A stretch of 63,647 nucleotides of DNA, the filler included, from Basidiobolus ranarum (Eukaryota), in the NCBI GenBank assembly GCA_040143965.1. It is 45 parts of 45 records of this genome, joined end to end, with 100 filler letters (N's around TTAATTAATTAA, not from the genome) between each part and the next. Parts side by side here need not be neighbours in the genome. Positions count along the whole stretch, not along the records: positions 49,625 to 50,937 come from JASJQH010005584.1; positions 51,038 to 52,350 come from JASJQH010005585.1; positions 52,451 to 53,763 come from JASJQH010005586.1; positions 53,864 to 55,176 come from JASJQH010005587.1; positions 55,277 to 56,589 come from JASJQH010005588.1; positions 56,690 to 58,001 come from JASJQH010005589.1; positions 58,102 to 59,413 come from JASJQH010005590.1; positions 59,514 to 60,825 come from JASJQH010005591.1; 37 more parts are not named here. One strand, given 5' to 3'. How positions within the stretch are numbered: the stretch's first letter is position 1; each line of letters starts with the position of its first letter. The notes beneath the pieces are model-generated. The model ran no database searches, had not been told where the DNA came from, and was given only the letters and a program-made list of their open reading frames with translations. Below, one piece after another: positions 49,525 to 62,336 of the stretch. The translations under genes and the position numbers were made by a program.

Positions 49525-51037
49525 NNNNNNNNNNNNNNNNNNNNNNNNNNNNNNNNNNNNNNNNNNNNTTAATTAATTAANNNNNNNNNNNNNNNNNNNN
49601 NNNNNNNNNNNNNNNNNNNNNNNNTATTTATATAGTTTATTCAGGTTGACGTTGTATATACTAAGCATCTAATAGTGAATTGTTCAGTAAATCAGTCATC
49701 AATCAACACTAAATCACAAAGTATTGTTAGATATACACTCCCCTACTGGCACGAGGATGAAGACTAGAATGGTTGTGAAGGGTCACTTTTACCATGATTA
49801 AAATGGCTATTGGTAAGCTAGCAAGTCAGTTAGGTGTCGTACTACTTCAGATGTAAATCCACGCATCAAAACAAATCCATGTGACAAATTCAAGAGTTAC
49901 CATGACTGGTAACCAGTAACTCGTATTCCATTTTATCGTACTCAAATACGAAACATTACACAAACTAATAATAATTGTGAAATACCCTGACCTTCAAATC
50001 TGTGGAAACATAGCAGGTGATACATCCAGAATGCATTATTCCAGATGATTGGTCATTACTTGCAAAATGTGTAGAGTATTGCAAGCTTACCCTTAGCCCT
50101 TACCATTAGAAGCGATAATATGAGATCATTAAACCGGCTTGTTGGGTGGCCTCATTAGACACACAAATCTAAATTATGACAACAGTATCTATTCCAAATC
50201 AATATTCTATATTTGTCAAGTTGAAGAGAGTGGATTGGCACCATGATTTGATGTGCGATAAAGCAAGTAACTGAGAGGCGCCTGTATTCGGAGAGTTTTT
50301 TTAGTATTATCAGTCAGTTCATTTGAAATTGGAGAAGATCGACATGAAGAGTTGCTAGTTCGCGCGAAAAATCTCAGTCAGTTACTGCTAAAACAGTGAG
50401 ACTGCAATAAATAAAAGTCCAAAATAATGTTTATCCTTACGTAGATAGTGATACGAGAGAGATTGATTGTAGAAGGGTAAAAGCTGTACAACAACCCAGC
50501 ACGAAAGCGAGCCAGGGGTGAGAGAAAAATGAATGCCATAACGAGGGAGGGAGCGGCCTAATTCACTTCATACCAGCTCGCTCCTGATCGATGCCAGTTC
50601 CGTGTCTCCACTGTGTGAATGTAGCCGAGGCCGAGGATAACCATCATTGAGGAATATCCTCAATAATAACCAGTAATGAACTTGCAGGCACCATATATGG
50701 GGAGTCGTATGCTCTTCGTGAGCTGATAACATCAGAAGAGGTAAATATCAAATGACAATGCATTGCTGGTGTACATAATTTTCTCACCACTCTACCAAAA
50801 ATTGTATATTCAGCTGAGACATATTGAAGAACGTTCTTGTAAACATAATATTGTCAGCAAGTAAATGCTGCGATGCAAAGAGAAATGACGTACTAGTGGT
50901 CAGTATACAATACCATGCTGAATAAGCTATATAAATGNNNNNNNNNNNNNNNNNNNNNNNNNNNNNNNNNNNNNNNNNNNNTTAATTAATTAANNNNNNN
51001 NNNNNNNNNNNNNNNNNNNNNNNNNNNNNNNNNNNNN

Positions 51038-52208
51038 ATAGTTTGCTGAATCCTCTATTAAGTATCTAAAATATTCAATCATATTTCTCAAAGCTGCTAC
51101 TTCACATTTAAGAGCAGTACAACTGGAACATTCCACTGCTGTATCCTTGGTGCATATCGAATCACATTGCTCTTGACATATTGAGTGTAAACTGACGCGT
51201 GGAGTGGAGGGCGATACTGATGAGACTGGCGAAGGTAGTAAGGTGGATTTGATGTCTTTATTTTCCACTAAAATTGAGGCCTGTTTTCTCACTTTGGGGT
51301 ATGGACCCGATACACGTTGAACAAGATGAAAGGAATTCGGTTGATCTCGCTTGAAATATTGATGTGAATAGATTATCGATGATGTATCAACACTCTGCTT
51401 TGTCCTCCGCCGGTCGGAAACTCTGCCAAAGCCGTAGATCTATTTGAAAGAATCGATTAATAATATATGGTTGAATGTTTCGATCTCCAAAGATTTACAT
51501 TGAGTTGACGAGTGAATGAAGCTAATTTACTAGTATGGTAATATTGGGGAAGTACTTTGGAGGCAAATTCGATTGAATCCTTAATGATAAAGCTGATGAT
51601 CAGCCGTGGAACCCACTTAAGAAGCATATTAATTTCATGAGCGACATTAGGAAGAACTTGGGGTTAAAAAGGAAATATTGGAGAAGTTCTGGGGACAAGG
51701 TAGAAAACTCGAACAGTCCACTGTTGTATCTTTCGTACATATCAATTCACATTCATCTTGAGATATTTGGTGTGAAGTGGAGGCTAATGCTGGTAGAAGT
51801 GGCGAAGGCAGTAAGATAGTCTTGATGTCCTTAGTTTCCCTTGGAATTGAGGATTTGGTTCTCACTTTAGAGTATGGACCCTGTAGTCAAAGGATCGTTT
51901 TGAATAACTTTATAAAGATAAAGAGTGAGAGCTTTTTCGTCATCATCAGCTAACTTATCTAATATATCAGATCTGTGCCCAGCAAGAGATAATTCATCTC
52001 TAGTCAAGTTGCTAATAAGCAAATAGTTGCTAGGTTTTATACTTGGGGCAACTATATGAAAAAGTATGTTTTCATTATCGGCATTAACATAATTTAGATT
52101 AAGCAAGCGTCTGTGTATTGGATAAAATTCGCTGGCACTACTTGGAAGTTGCTTAATATCGTCAAATTTTCCACTTGAGGATCGTCCAGATCGTGTATTA
52201 TAAGACAT
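51038..52208 (-). pseudogene. Broken ORF of unknown function with an internal duplicated segment
   Basis: ATG at 52208 and a 113-aa ORF continuing by frameshift. The KDIK..LLPSP...ICTKDT..CSS block occurs twice, about 573 bp apart. Confidence 0.4.
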
Positions 52209-52450
52209 GTTCGTTATGATATAGTAATTTTAATATATGTAAACGTCAATGATATATAAGTGTTTTGTTTATGGCATGTATATTATTTCCATTCTGTGTT
52301 ACAATTTTTTTTTGTTGGCCAAGAAACTTGTCGGGTTTGAGATTAAATTTNNNNNNNNNNNNNNNNNNNNNNNNNNNNNNNNNNNNNNNNNNNNTTAATT
52401 AATTAANNNNNNNNNNNNNNNNNNNNNNNNNNNNNNNNNNNNNNNNNNNN

Positions 52451-53763
52451 AAGAATACATAGCCATGCATAGTGTTCTTCAATGATGGGAAGAAGAATCC
52501 CACAACGAAGTTACCGAACCAGTTAAGACCAAGAGCACAGGAAGCAACAGTTGAGACAGCTCTGGTAGGAATAAGCTCGGAAATGATCAAGAATGGGATT
52601 GGTCCCATACCCAAGGCAAAGGACACAACAAATGCGAACAGACCAAGAATTACAAGGCCAGAGTCATTACACTCGATACCAATGATCATGAGCACATTGA
52701 AAGCTGCCATCCCGGCAAGACTAAGGAGTACAAGGAACTTTCTTCCAACTCGGTCAATCAAGAGAATGGTGACAATGGTGGCAAGCAGATTGATGGCACC
52801 AACACCGACTGTAAGATATTGTGCAGTTTGGTTGCCATAGATAGAGGTGAAGATGGAGGTGGAGTAGTACATAATGCCATTGATACCACAAAGCTGTTGG
52901 ATGATACATAGGAACATGCAGATGAAAGCATGCTTACGGGTTAGTGAGTCTTGCATGATGAATCGGAAACCATCCATCATCGATGTTTGTTCACCTCCAG
53001 CTTTAGCTTGGGCACGGGCATCCACCATGGTCTGAAGTTCATTGGTGATATCCATGCCCTTACGGAGCTTCAACAAGGATTTCTCAGCATCTTCAATGCG
53101 ATCCTTGGAGACATAGTAGCGAGGGGTTTCAGTAATGAATGATAGAGTGACTAGTTGAACAATGGCAATTGCTCCAGTGAGAGCCATGCAGACACGCCAT
53201 CCGGCACGACTAGATAGGCCCAGTCCAGCAGCTTGGGTGACTAGCTGGCCAATGACGCATGTAAGTTGGGTCATAGCACCATATGCACCACGAACCCGGG
53301 TAGTGGATACCTCACCGATATAGGTAGGAAGGACAACCGTTCCAAAACCTGAACCAATACCGGTGAATAGACGTCCCACGATCCACATCCCCTTGTTCTT
53401 AGATAGGCCAATAAGTAGTGCACCGATGATAAAGAAAATGTTGTTGAAGAGTAATGAGTTACGACGCCCGAATTTGGCTTGGGCCCAACCCGCAGAAAGC
53501 CCTCCGATAGCACCACCGATAGAGAAACTGCTTACAGCAAATCCCCACATCCAGTCGCCCATTGGGAAACAGCTGGGGAAGCCATTCACTTTTTCATCAG
53601 GGTTGTCGCAACCGACAATGGAGGCTTGAATGATATTTGTATCGGAAGTGTTCCAGCCATTATTGAATGATACAAGGCAAGCGATAGATACACACAGGAC
53701 AGTATAGACGGAAAACCCGGCTTGAGATGAGTCAGTTGAACCTTTTACCTCTTTGGTAGAACG
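52451..53763 (-). CDS. MFS sugar porter, GLUT/SLC2A-like (both ends cut by contig edges)
   Basis: The frame is open across the whole contig. Motifs FGRRN, GRLFTGIG, YIGEVS..RVRG, ETPRY, QQLCGINGIMYYS, DRVGRK and GMGPIPF...SE. Confidence 0.97.
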
Positions 53764-53863
53764 NNNNNNNNNNNNNNNNNNNNNNNNNNNNNNNNNNNNN
53801 NNNNNNNTTAATTAATTAANNNNNNNNNNNNNNNNNNNNNNNNNNNNNNNNNNNNNNNNNNNN

Positions 53864-55176
53864 TAGGGATATTTTGACTGAATTCTTAATTGAAACTTGC
53901 CAAAATCCAAGAGTGTATTCTCATTATGATTGGTAACAAGAGTCAGCTATTTTCCAAGTGTTTGTGCTATTCAGAATTTCAGATATTTGGCAATTTTTCC
54001 ACTGTTAGTTTGCTTGTAAAGCATATTGATGTTGTTGAGATATGACAGATTAGTCAAGCATGAGCATATGAAGTGACTAAACACAACAAGATTCTTGTAT
54101 TTTTTGACTCCCATTACGGCTGGAATACAAAGCCTAAAATACGTAAACAAAGGAATGCCTATTAATTCAAATTCCTGCAGTAAGCAAAATAGTAATTTGC
54201 TGTTTGAAATCAATGTTGGCAAAAATTATTTGAAGTTAAAAACACAGGCCAAATCATGAGGATTAATATTTTATCTTGTATGATTACTGTTAAAATACCA
54301 TCAAAAAGATGCTGTCTCACCATCAAGATCTTTGGCAGAATGCATGCCACCAATGTTATGATAATTTTCTGACAGTGTTGCAATCCAGAGAGGTGGATCC
54401 AATCCAGGTCAAATCAAATTTATTTTTGTTAGTGTACACAATGGTGGTCCTTTAAGTATTTCCTATCAGTATCATCAGCTGAATCTGTGATGGGGTCAAA
54501 GATGAGTCACCAGGTTATTTAAAAGATATTTCTGGTAATGGATGGCAATTTTGGTTTATTACAAGTTTTTTCTAAGATATTATATTAAACCAAGTTTACC
54601 ATCTGAGAATTTTAATGCCAATCAAAAAGCATTCAGAGTCTGAATCAAAATTGGCTTGCATGCAAAAGCCTGCTGGCAAAAAAGGAAAAAGCCAGTAAGA
54701 ACAGAAGACTTAATAGATAGGCAGTCTACTATTCACTTTCCACTTTGGAAGGCATCAACATGTTGGAAACTAACTCAAGTAATGATGAAGGATTAATCAA
54801 TTGATGATATGTGTTCCTTTCTAGCAATATTGCAAGTAATGAAATTACAATCACACAATCATGTGGTAAATTAATAGTTGAGCAAGGTTCAGCAGAAACA
54901 CTTTCAAGACCATAAACTTACAAGATGCCTACTTTCCCAACTATTGAACACCCCTACATAGATAATTTGGATAGATTTATTAAAAAAAGAGATTTTCAGG
55001 GAGAACAATACAATGCTTTATATACATTCATAAATAAAAACTACAAAGTTGCCATAAAGGCCATGACAAGCAACAATGCTGCAATATTGCAATTAATGCA
55101 GCATTGTGAAGCAACTAGTCACATGTAGAGAGTCACTGAACAAAGATACAAGACCTTCAGAATACTGTGCTTGAGC
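53864..55176 (+). mobile_element. CACTA-like transposase C-terminus and CACTA end (to 54434) abutting the promoter/ORF1 region of another copy
   Basis: Frame LAKIQECILIMIGNKSQLFSKCLCYSEFQ...HIDVVEI...ILVFFDS. The end ...TTTTTGTTAGTG is the reverse complement of CACTAACAAAAA. Confidence 0.78.
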
Positions 55177-55276
55177 NNNNNNNNNNNNNNNNNNNNNNNN
55201 NNNNNNNNNNNNNNNNNNNNTTAATTAATTAANNNNNNNNNNNNNNNNNNNNNNNNNNNNNNNNNNNNNNNNNNNN

Positions 55277-55995
55277 ACCGTGATAAAAGTTGACTGACAT
55301 ATCATCCGAGAAAGACACGGCACGGAAAGGACTTTGTAAACGGAAGTCACATCCATTTATCACTTTACTATGACCACTCACTTCGCCAACGGAGCTACCG
55401 GTGTCAATAGCGAATACATGACCAAATCTCTCTTTCCCTTCACCCACCACCATCAATCTTTTACTTTCGGAATCCCAGGCAATAGCATTAACACGTCCAT
55501 TTAAAATCTTGTATTCACTTTTCAAGATATGTTCCTCTTGGGTGGTATCCCAGATGCGAATATTGCCCTGAATATCTAAAGTAAGAAGTTACTTTAATAC
55601 AACAATGTTTAAGTTGGTCAAAAAGTTGGATCTTACCTCCGGAAGCTATATAATATCCACTTGGTGACCAACTAGCAGCAGATGTTTGGCAAGTATGCTG
55701 AGTGTACTCCGAAGCTATCTCGGGGTTCTATAAATCTACATTGTTAGATTACGTTTAATGATCGGATTAAGTAAGAAACAAAAGATACCCTAATATTACG
55801 AATGAAGATGCTTTTGCCATTTGGATAAACAAGAGTTTCTCCTTTAGGGTCTACGCCTATCTGAAGCGGAGTACCACGAATTGGGGCAGGATTGGGTGCA
55901 TAAATACTCTCTTTGTTGGATGGACAAATTAAGTTAAATAATGTACTTTGACCAAGGTATTAGTCGTGGGGAAACTTACTTTTAGTATAAGACAT
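55277..55995 (-). CDS. AIP1: Actin-interacting protein 1 (WDR1), 5' part. Exons 55995-55980, 55910-55789, 55727-55637, 55575-55277
   Basis: Spliced translation MSYTKKSIYAPNPAPIRG...DPKGETLVYPNGKSIFIR...EYTQH...[20 protein letters not shown]...IAWDSESKRLMVVGEGKERFG. Three GT-AG introns of 69, 61 and 61 nt keep the frame. Confidence 0.95.
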
Positions 55996-56429
55996 ATTGA
56001 AGTAGGATAGTCAAGAGTTTGAAGACGAACTGTTGAAGAAGCTTACAGATAGACCTCCTCCGTGTCGCTATGTGACGTACACTAATCATCTCCGAGTATT
56101 GATAGTTTTTACTATTTAGGAAACAATATATTCAAATATGTATGTTTATACGAAATCAGTGATGGATTTTACTACAGGTCATTATTATATCTCATTTTAC
56201 CAAAGAGTCTTATCATTGTCAACAAATGCGAGAAATCGCAATCTTAACCCAGACCCAGTGCTTCGCAATCATGGGTTATTATGTTGTTAAGGCAAGGATT
56301 TAATTAAATGTAATTTATTTTCGTGTAAAGAGAAATTTGTCATTTCAAAATCAATGAAACACGACAACTGAATTCCATGTGTTTTGTATAAAGAAAAGAA
56401 AGGGCATGAATGACTTGGCACATACTAAA

Positions 56430-56589
56430 TTAATAGTTAGGGTTAACAACATTAACATGCTCATACTTGTAAACACATCCGCATTCAGGGCAACGATCGA
56501 TATCGTGACCCTTCTCTACGGTAATCCAGATGTTTTCATGTGTATCAGAGGGGAAACCGGAGCATCCAATAAAACGGAAATCATCACAG
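56430..56589 (-). CDS. COX4: Cytochrome c oxidase subunit Vb (fungal Cox4), 3' end; absent from the ORF track
   Basis: CDDFRFIGCSGFPSDTHENIWITVEKGHDIDRCPECGCVYKY, with the zinc ligands GC.G....H...W...RC.ECG.VYK. Confidence 0.92.
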
Positions 56590-56689
56590 NNNNNNNNNNN
56601 NNNNNNNNNNNNNNNNNNNNNNNNNNNNNNNNNTTAATTAATTAANNNNNNNNNNNNNNNNNNNNNNNNNNNNNNNNNNNNNNNNNNNN

Positions 56690-56807
56690 GCACATCCCAA
56701 GCTAGACAAGCCACTTATTGTTGAACCTGATGCATCCAACTTTGCTCTAGGAGCAGTACTATCACAGTTTGATGATGACAACTTACTGCACCCTGTTGCC
56801 CTTTACT
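56690..56807 (+). mobile_element. Gypsy RNase H piece, target of the AGACTTG insertion
   Basis: E.DASNFALGAVLSQ and HPVA motifs. Confidence 0.85.
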
Positions 56808-58001
56808 AGACTTGTTCCATTGGACCAGGTCAGATTGTGTGGCTTGATCCAGCCTGCCAGTACACCATCTGGCTTGATCTGTCAGTTACCATGCCTAGGT
56901 CCTATAACACTCAATTGGACACTATAAGGAACAATATGGCACTATTTCACCACAATTGGACATGACAAATATATTGCAGATATCATGCTAGCCCGTACCA
57001 AGTTACCAATTTAGTATTGCCAAATTACAATTTTGGGTAACTGACAAAGTTCATCCCCTAGTTTGTAACTTACAAATTACTGAATGTATAACAATAAGCA
57101 ATTTATACTGTCACTTACCCAATCAAATCTATAACCAATTCATTCACATGTTTTTAGGCCAATCATTTGTCCCTCACTAACACAGTATCCTGATCTTCAA
57201 TAGGGCACAACAGCTCCTGTATTACAAAACACCAGTAGTTTTGGCACACCGGTGACAAATCACAGAAACTCAATGATGGATCAATCTGCAGTATGATAGT
57301 AGTGATCAGGATTGGTTGATTCATCATTTTTAGATCAGCAAATTATTCATTCAATCATATAAGCTCCTAATTGGATAAAAATATGAGCAGATTGAACCAT
57401 ATCAAGCCAATACGGCTGAGCAAGCTTTTTATTGACAGACATTTTTCATTTGATGGAAGTGTATTCACTTGTATTAATAGGCTATCATTGATTTTTTTGA
57501 TATTTGATGATTTCATGCTATCAGTGTTTCATAAACACATACGCAATTGTGATCCAACTAAATCAATTTATGCTATATTTAACTGCGATCCATATCAATT
57601 CTGCATGACACGCTAAACAGTAAAGATAGGATAATGTAAGTACTAACAAGAGTGTTCAGCAGTTGCCTGGGTTTGAAGCAGTACAAGCTGATTTGCTTCT
57701 GTTACTTTTGTTGTCTCCTTGATATTCTCACAGAAGGAACTTTGCTTGAACCTCTGCACTGAGTTGGTTGGTTTGATCCTGCTGAAGTTCCCCTACCTCA
57801 GCCAGCATGAGTTGTGGCTTGAGGTCAATGTGCTGTGGTATGTGTTGGCTTGTCTGGTCTAGTTTGCGGTTTGTTTGTATCTACAGTCTCTTCTTCAGAT
57901 ATGGAGCCTTCACTTAATGAGTCAACCAGCCATTGCTGCTGGCACTCAGCTCTACATGTCAACCTGGAATGCTGCCCTTGAGGTTTGTGCTGAACAGTTA
58001 T
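56808..58001 (-). mobile_element. AGACTTG DNA transposon, non-transposase end, with a possible second-ORF remnant reading toward the end
   Basis: AGACTTGTTCCATTGGACCAGG start. The minus-strand frame at about 57645-57940 (WLVDSLSEGSISEEETVD...) is broken only by TGA codons. The internal extent of the element is uncertain. Confidence 0.55.
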
Positions 58002-58101
58002 NNNNNNNNNNNNNNNNNNNNNNNNNNNNNNNNNNNNNNNNNNNNTTAATTAATTAANNNNNNNNNNNNNNNNNNNNNNNNNNNNNNNNNNNNNNNNNNN
58101 N

Positions 58102-59413
58102 TGTGTCCAAATTATGCCCAAAAAATGGTCTAAAGTTTATCCAAAAAGAAAGAAATGTGTATTTCTGAGTTATTGTAATCAAACTTATATCTACAGACTC
58201 TATTATATCAAAATTTAATGGTTAATAAAGTCTAGGGATGTTTTGTGGAGTGAATGTGAAAATTATTTGCCAAACATAATGTTGGAATATGATGAACATC
58301 AATTTTCTCCTCATTTAATATTTCAGATTAACTCAAACCAAAACAACAAAGAAAATATCACTCCTGTGAACCCTTCAACCTGAACTCTACATGCTAAGTA
58401 CCTACTCCAGTGCCAGAAGCTGTAGAATCTTCATCTCATACTGGGAGATTGAATGGAATCTGAAACTAACCTGATTGCAATATTGATGAGTCTCAAAATT
58501 TAGCCTATGCCTGCACAGTTCAAATGCATGAGCCCCCAACTGTAAAAGAGACCCTCAATGGTTCTTGCACAAAGTTTTGGAGATCTGCAATGACTGACTA
58601 GTATCAAACATGGATTGATAATCAAATTTAAATTTAACCAACCTATCTAATGATGGAGATTCAGTTGGCTGCCTATGGGTGTTTAAAGTTGAATGCAATC
58701 CTGCTAAGCCCAAATCAGTACAGGATGCTATGGAGAGTCCCAATGTGAAGTTTTGGAGTACTGCAATGGCAGAGGAGTATCAGTCACTGATAGATTGCCA
58801 AACTTGGACTTTGGTTAAGTTACCTGATGACCAAAAATCAATTGGATGCAAATGGGTGTTTAAAGTTGAACAGCAAGCTGATGGATATGTAGAGAGAAAT
58901 AAAGCCAGACTTGTGGCTAAACAATACTCTCTAATGGAAGGAGTGGACTACAATGAAACATTACCTGCTGTAGCAAAGTTTAATTCCATCACAATGGTAT
59001 TAGCACAAGCAGCAAAGTACAGCTTAAAAATCCATCATGAGGATGCCCTAACAAAAATGATATTTGATTTGATCCGGATTGGATCCACCCTTCAAAATAG
59101 CAAAACCGTCAGAGAACCATCACAATATTGTTGGCTTGCATTCTGCCAGAGATTTTGATGATGTGATGGTGGTTTCTTGATGGTATCTTGGCGGTATTCA
59201 TACATGTTAAAGTATTGATCCTCAAATTTGGCATGCGTTATTCAATATCCAGCAATTTTAGCAAAAATATCATTTTTGAATGGCATATTACTGGGTTTAC
59301 TACTGTAGGAATTCGAATTAATATGCATACCTTTATTTAGATATTTTAGGCTTTGTATTCCAGCCATAATGAGAATCAAAAAATACAAGAATCTCGTTGT
59401 GTTTAGTCTCTAC
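58102..59413 (+). mobile_element. Copia integrase tail and RT start, interrupted at 59046 by the CCCTA end of the CACTA-like element
   Basis: AMAEEYQSL, IGCKWVFK, KARLVAK and GVDYNET, then CCCTAACAAAAATG. Confidence 0.92.
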
Positions 59414-59513
59414 NNNNNNNNNNNNNNNNNNNNNNNNNNNNNNNNNNNNNNNNNNNNTTAATTAATTAANNNNNNNNNNNNNNNNNNNNNNNNNNNNNNN
59501 NNNNNNNNNNNNN

Positions 59514-60825
59514 CTATTGTTAGGATGCAATGATTGTCATACTGACAGCACTCCTTGGTCTCTCAATGTTGGACTTGTTCCATTGTGCCTGGATTTATCA
59601 GACTTTGGCTCAATACATTAGTGTAACTATGATTGAAATTGATCAAGCCAGAGAGTGCTGGATAGTGCCAAAGTGTGCCACATAAATTTTAGAATACTTT
59701 ATTCAATATGCTACATATAGTACAATCTGGCCCTATCACTGGGAAAAGTTCACTATATTGCAATTTATCTAGGGTTTGGGGGATGAAAAATAAAAGAGGG
59801 TGTTACAATTATTTGAAAACTTAAACAGCCTGTTAATAAGTACCTGGCTTAAACATTGTTGCAGTCATATATAGCTCAGTACTTAGCTCGGGTAGTCAGT
59901 GGAAGAACACTATCATTGGGTGCCAAAACACATGAGACAACACAAATGACACTCATGTCCAATGCTTACTAGGAAGAGATAGCCTTAAATATCATTACTT
60001 TATCCCCTGATCCTGTTATCCTTGTTATCTTGTGGCTCATGCAACATACTCCAAAGATCTTCAAGAAATCTACAAAGCTTAGTCCAGGCTTGTCAAACTA
60101 CTCTGCACCACTCTTCTCACCTGCCAAAATGTTAAAATCCACCATGAAAGCCATATCACCAATTAATGAGGTATGGCAAATGAGGTATTCTAATCACCTA
60201 ATCCCAGAAATTGCAGCAAAACATCAGGCACTTGGTGATGTCTTTGAAAAGAAGAAATCAAACATTTCCTCAGTTCATTATCCTAATGATTGCCCTCTTG
60301 ATCTTCAGGATGGAAAGTAACCAGTCTTTGGGCCTTGACATGAGCTAACTCAACCAGAACTGAAATGGAATCTGCAATGATCAAAGAAGGGGGAATAAGT
60401 CCTGTCTTGGAATACTCTCATAATAGAAAAAGATATTCAATCTTTCCTTGGATTGTCTATTTTTTATTCAAGATTTGCCAAGAGTTACTAAAATATATTG
60501 GCTCCACCAACTAATCTCACCAAAAAAACTCCCTGTCTTACTGAATCACATCATAGCATGAGGTATTCAAACCTTTAAAAAATCCTTTTATCTCCACCCC
60601 AATTCTGGAGCACAACAATCTAGACCAACCTTTCATTATTGAAACTAATGCATCTGACTTTGAGCTGGGAGCCATACTGTCCCAGTTTGATGAAGCCAGC
60701 TTAGGGTCAGGTTCTTAGTAACTTTATTGAGCATCACCTATATATGGTGTGCTTTAAGATAATCAAAGAAGGTCAAACATAACATAAAATGAAGAAATTT
60801 GAAATTCCAGTAGAGCTTACTAGGG
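59514..60825 (+). mobile_element. Composite of a diverged GGACTTGTTCCATT end (59571) and a decayed, internally deleted Gypsy pol (about 60180-60700)
   Basis: DCPLDLQDGK, IQSFLG and ETNASDFELGAILSQ remnants. Confidence 0.65.
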
Positions 60826-60925
60826 NNNNNNNNNNNNNNNNNNNNNNNNNNNNNNNNNNNNNNNNNNNNTTAATTAATTAANNNNNNNNNNNNNNNNNNN
60901 NNNNNNNNNNNNNNNNNNNNNNNNN

Positions 60926-62236
60926 TTGAAAATATCACTATATTGGATCTGGGGGAGGATTGCATATATGGAAAACATACAGACTGCCCTTTTCAAGTGC
61001 TGTAGAGATCAAATCCTGTAAGATATTGAAAATATCACTATATTGGATCTGTGTGAGGATTGCATATATGGAAAACATACACACTGCCCTTTTCAAGTGC
61101 TGTAGAGATCAAATCCTGTCAGAAATTTCTCCTGATTTACTCTGACCTAAGTTGGCCCATGAACAATGTCTTACTAGATGGGAAAAGATACTTTATGACC
61201 CTTATTGAAAACAAGATAATATATACTTAGGTATTCTTTCTCAGATCAAATCTGTAGCCTTGACCACATTTAAGCATTACAAAGCAATGCCACAGAAAGA
61301 ATCTGCAAGAAAAATAACGGTCCTAAGGCGTGAGAGTGGTGGAGAATACTGCTCTAAAGACTTTGCTAAGTTTTGTTCTAAACATGGAATTAAGCAACAA
61401 ACTACTCTACCTTATATGCTACAGCAAAATAAAGTTGCAGAACAGGCCAATAGGACTGTAGTGTAGATGGCAAGATCAATGTTACATGATCATTTATTAG
61501 ATTTCCAATATTGGGCTGAATCTGTCTCCACTGCAGTCTATGATAAAAAAAATACCCAACAAGATTGCTACAAAATTCTATTCCATTGGAAGCCCTATAT
61601 GGATCAAAACCAAGTGTCAATCACCTCAGGATTTTTAATTGCATAGCATATTGCCCAATTCCAGCTTAAAAATGCTCTAAAGTGCAGCCCAAAAGCAGAA
61701 GATGCATATATCTTGGTTACTGTGTTAGATCTAAGGCCGATAGACTGTTTGATACCAAAACTCTGAACTTAATTAGGTGCAAAGATGTGATTTTTGATGA
61801 CAAAGCCATTTTATACTTCAAGTCACAGTTCTCAATCCAGAAAACACAATAATCACTTTTCAGGAAATTTTTGATGAAATTCCAGCAGAATCTGAGCCCT
61901 ATTCAACCAAAATTCTAGTCCTAATTACATCAGAAGATGATTACAGACCCAAAAGATCATCCAGAAGGAGAAATAAGCCAAGAAACTGATGGAACATTTC
62001 CAATGATGATATATATGTTTATGCAGCATTCTATGACAGGCCACAGACTCATGATCAAGCTCTGGAGTGTCCGGAATCAAAATTATGGGAAAAAGCAATG
62101 TCTGAAGAGTTTTCCACACTTCAGGACAATGAAATGTGGGTTCTAAGCGCTCTACCATCAGGTAGAAAGCCCATAGGTTACAAATGGTTCTACCAAGTCA
62201 AAAACCAAGCTGTTGGAACCATAGAATGGTACGAAG
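60926..62236 (+). mobile_element. Copia integrase to RT start, with a 100-bp tandem duplication at the contig start
   Basis: SGGEY, QQNKVAEQANRT and RKPIGYKW motifs. Confidence 0.92.
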
Positions 62237-62336
62237 NNNNNNNNNNNNNNNNNNNNNNNNNNNNNNNNNNNNNNNNNNNNTTAATTAATTAANNNNNNNN
62301 NNNNNNNNNNNNNNNNNNNNNNNNNNNNNNNNNNNN

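Noticed and set aside
52472..53670. Plus-strand ORFs overlapping the sugar transporter
   Set aside because: Antisense shadows of a well-supported CDS with no recognisable motifs.
60926..61120. 100-bp near-perfect tandem duplication
   Set aside because: It sits at a contig edge within a dead Copia and is probably an assembly artefact or trivial slippage.
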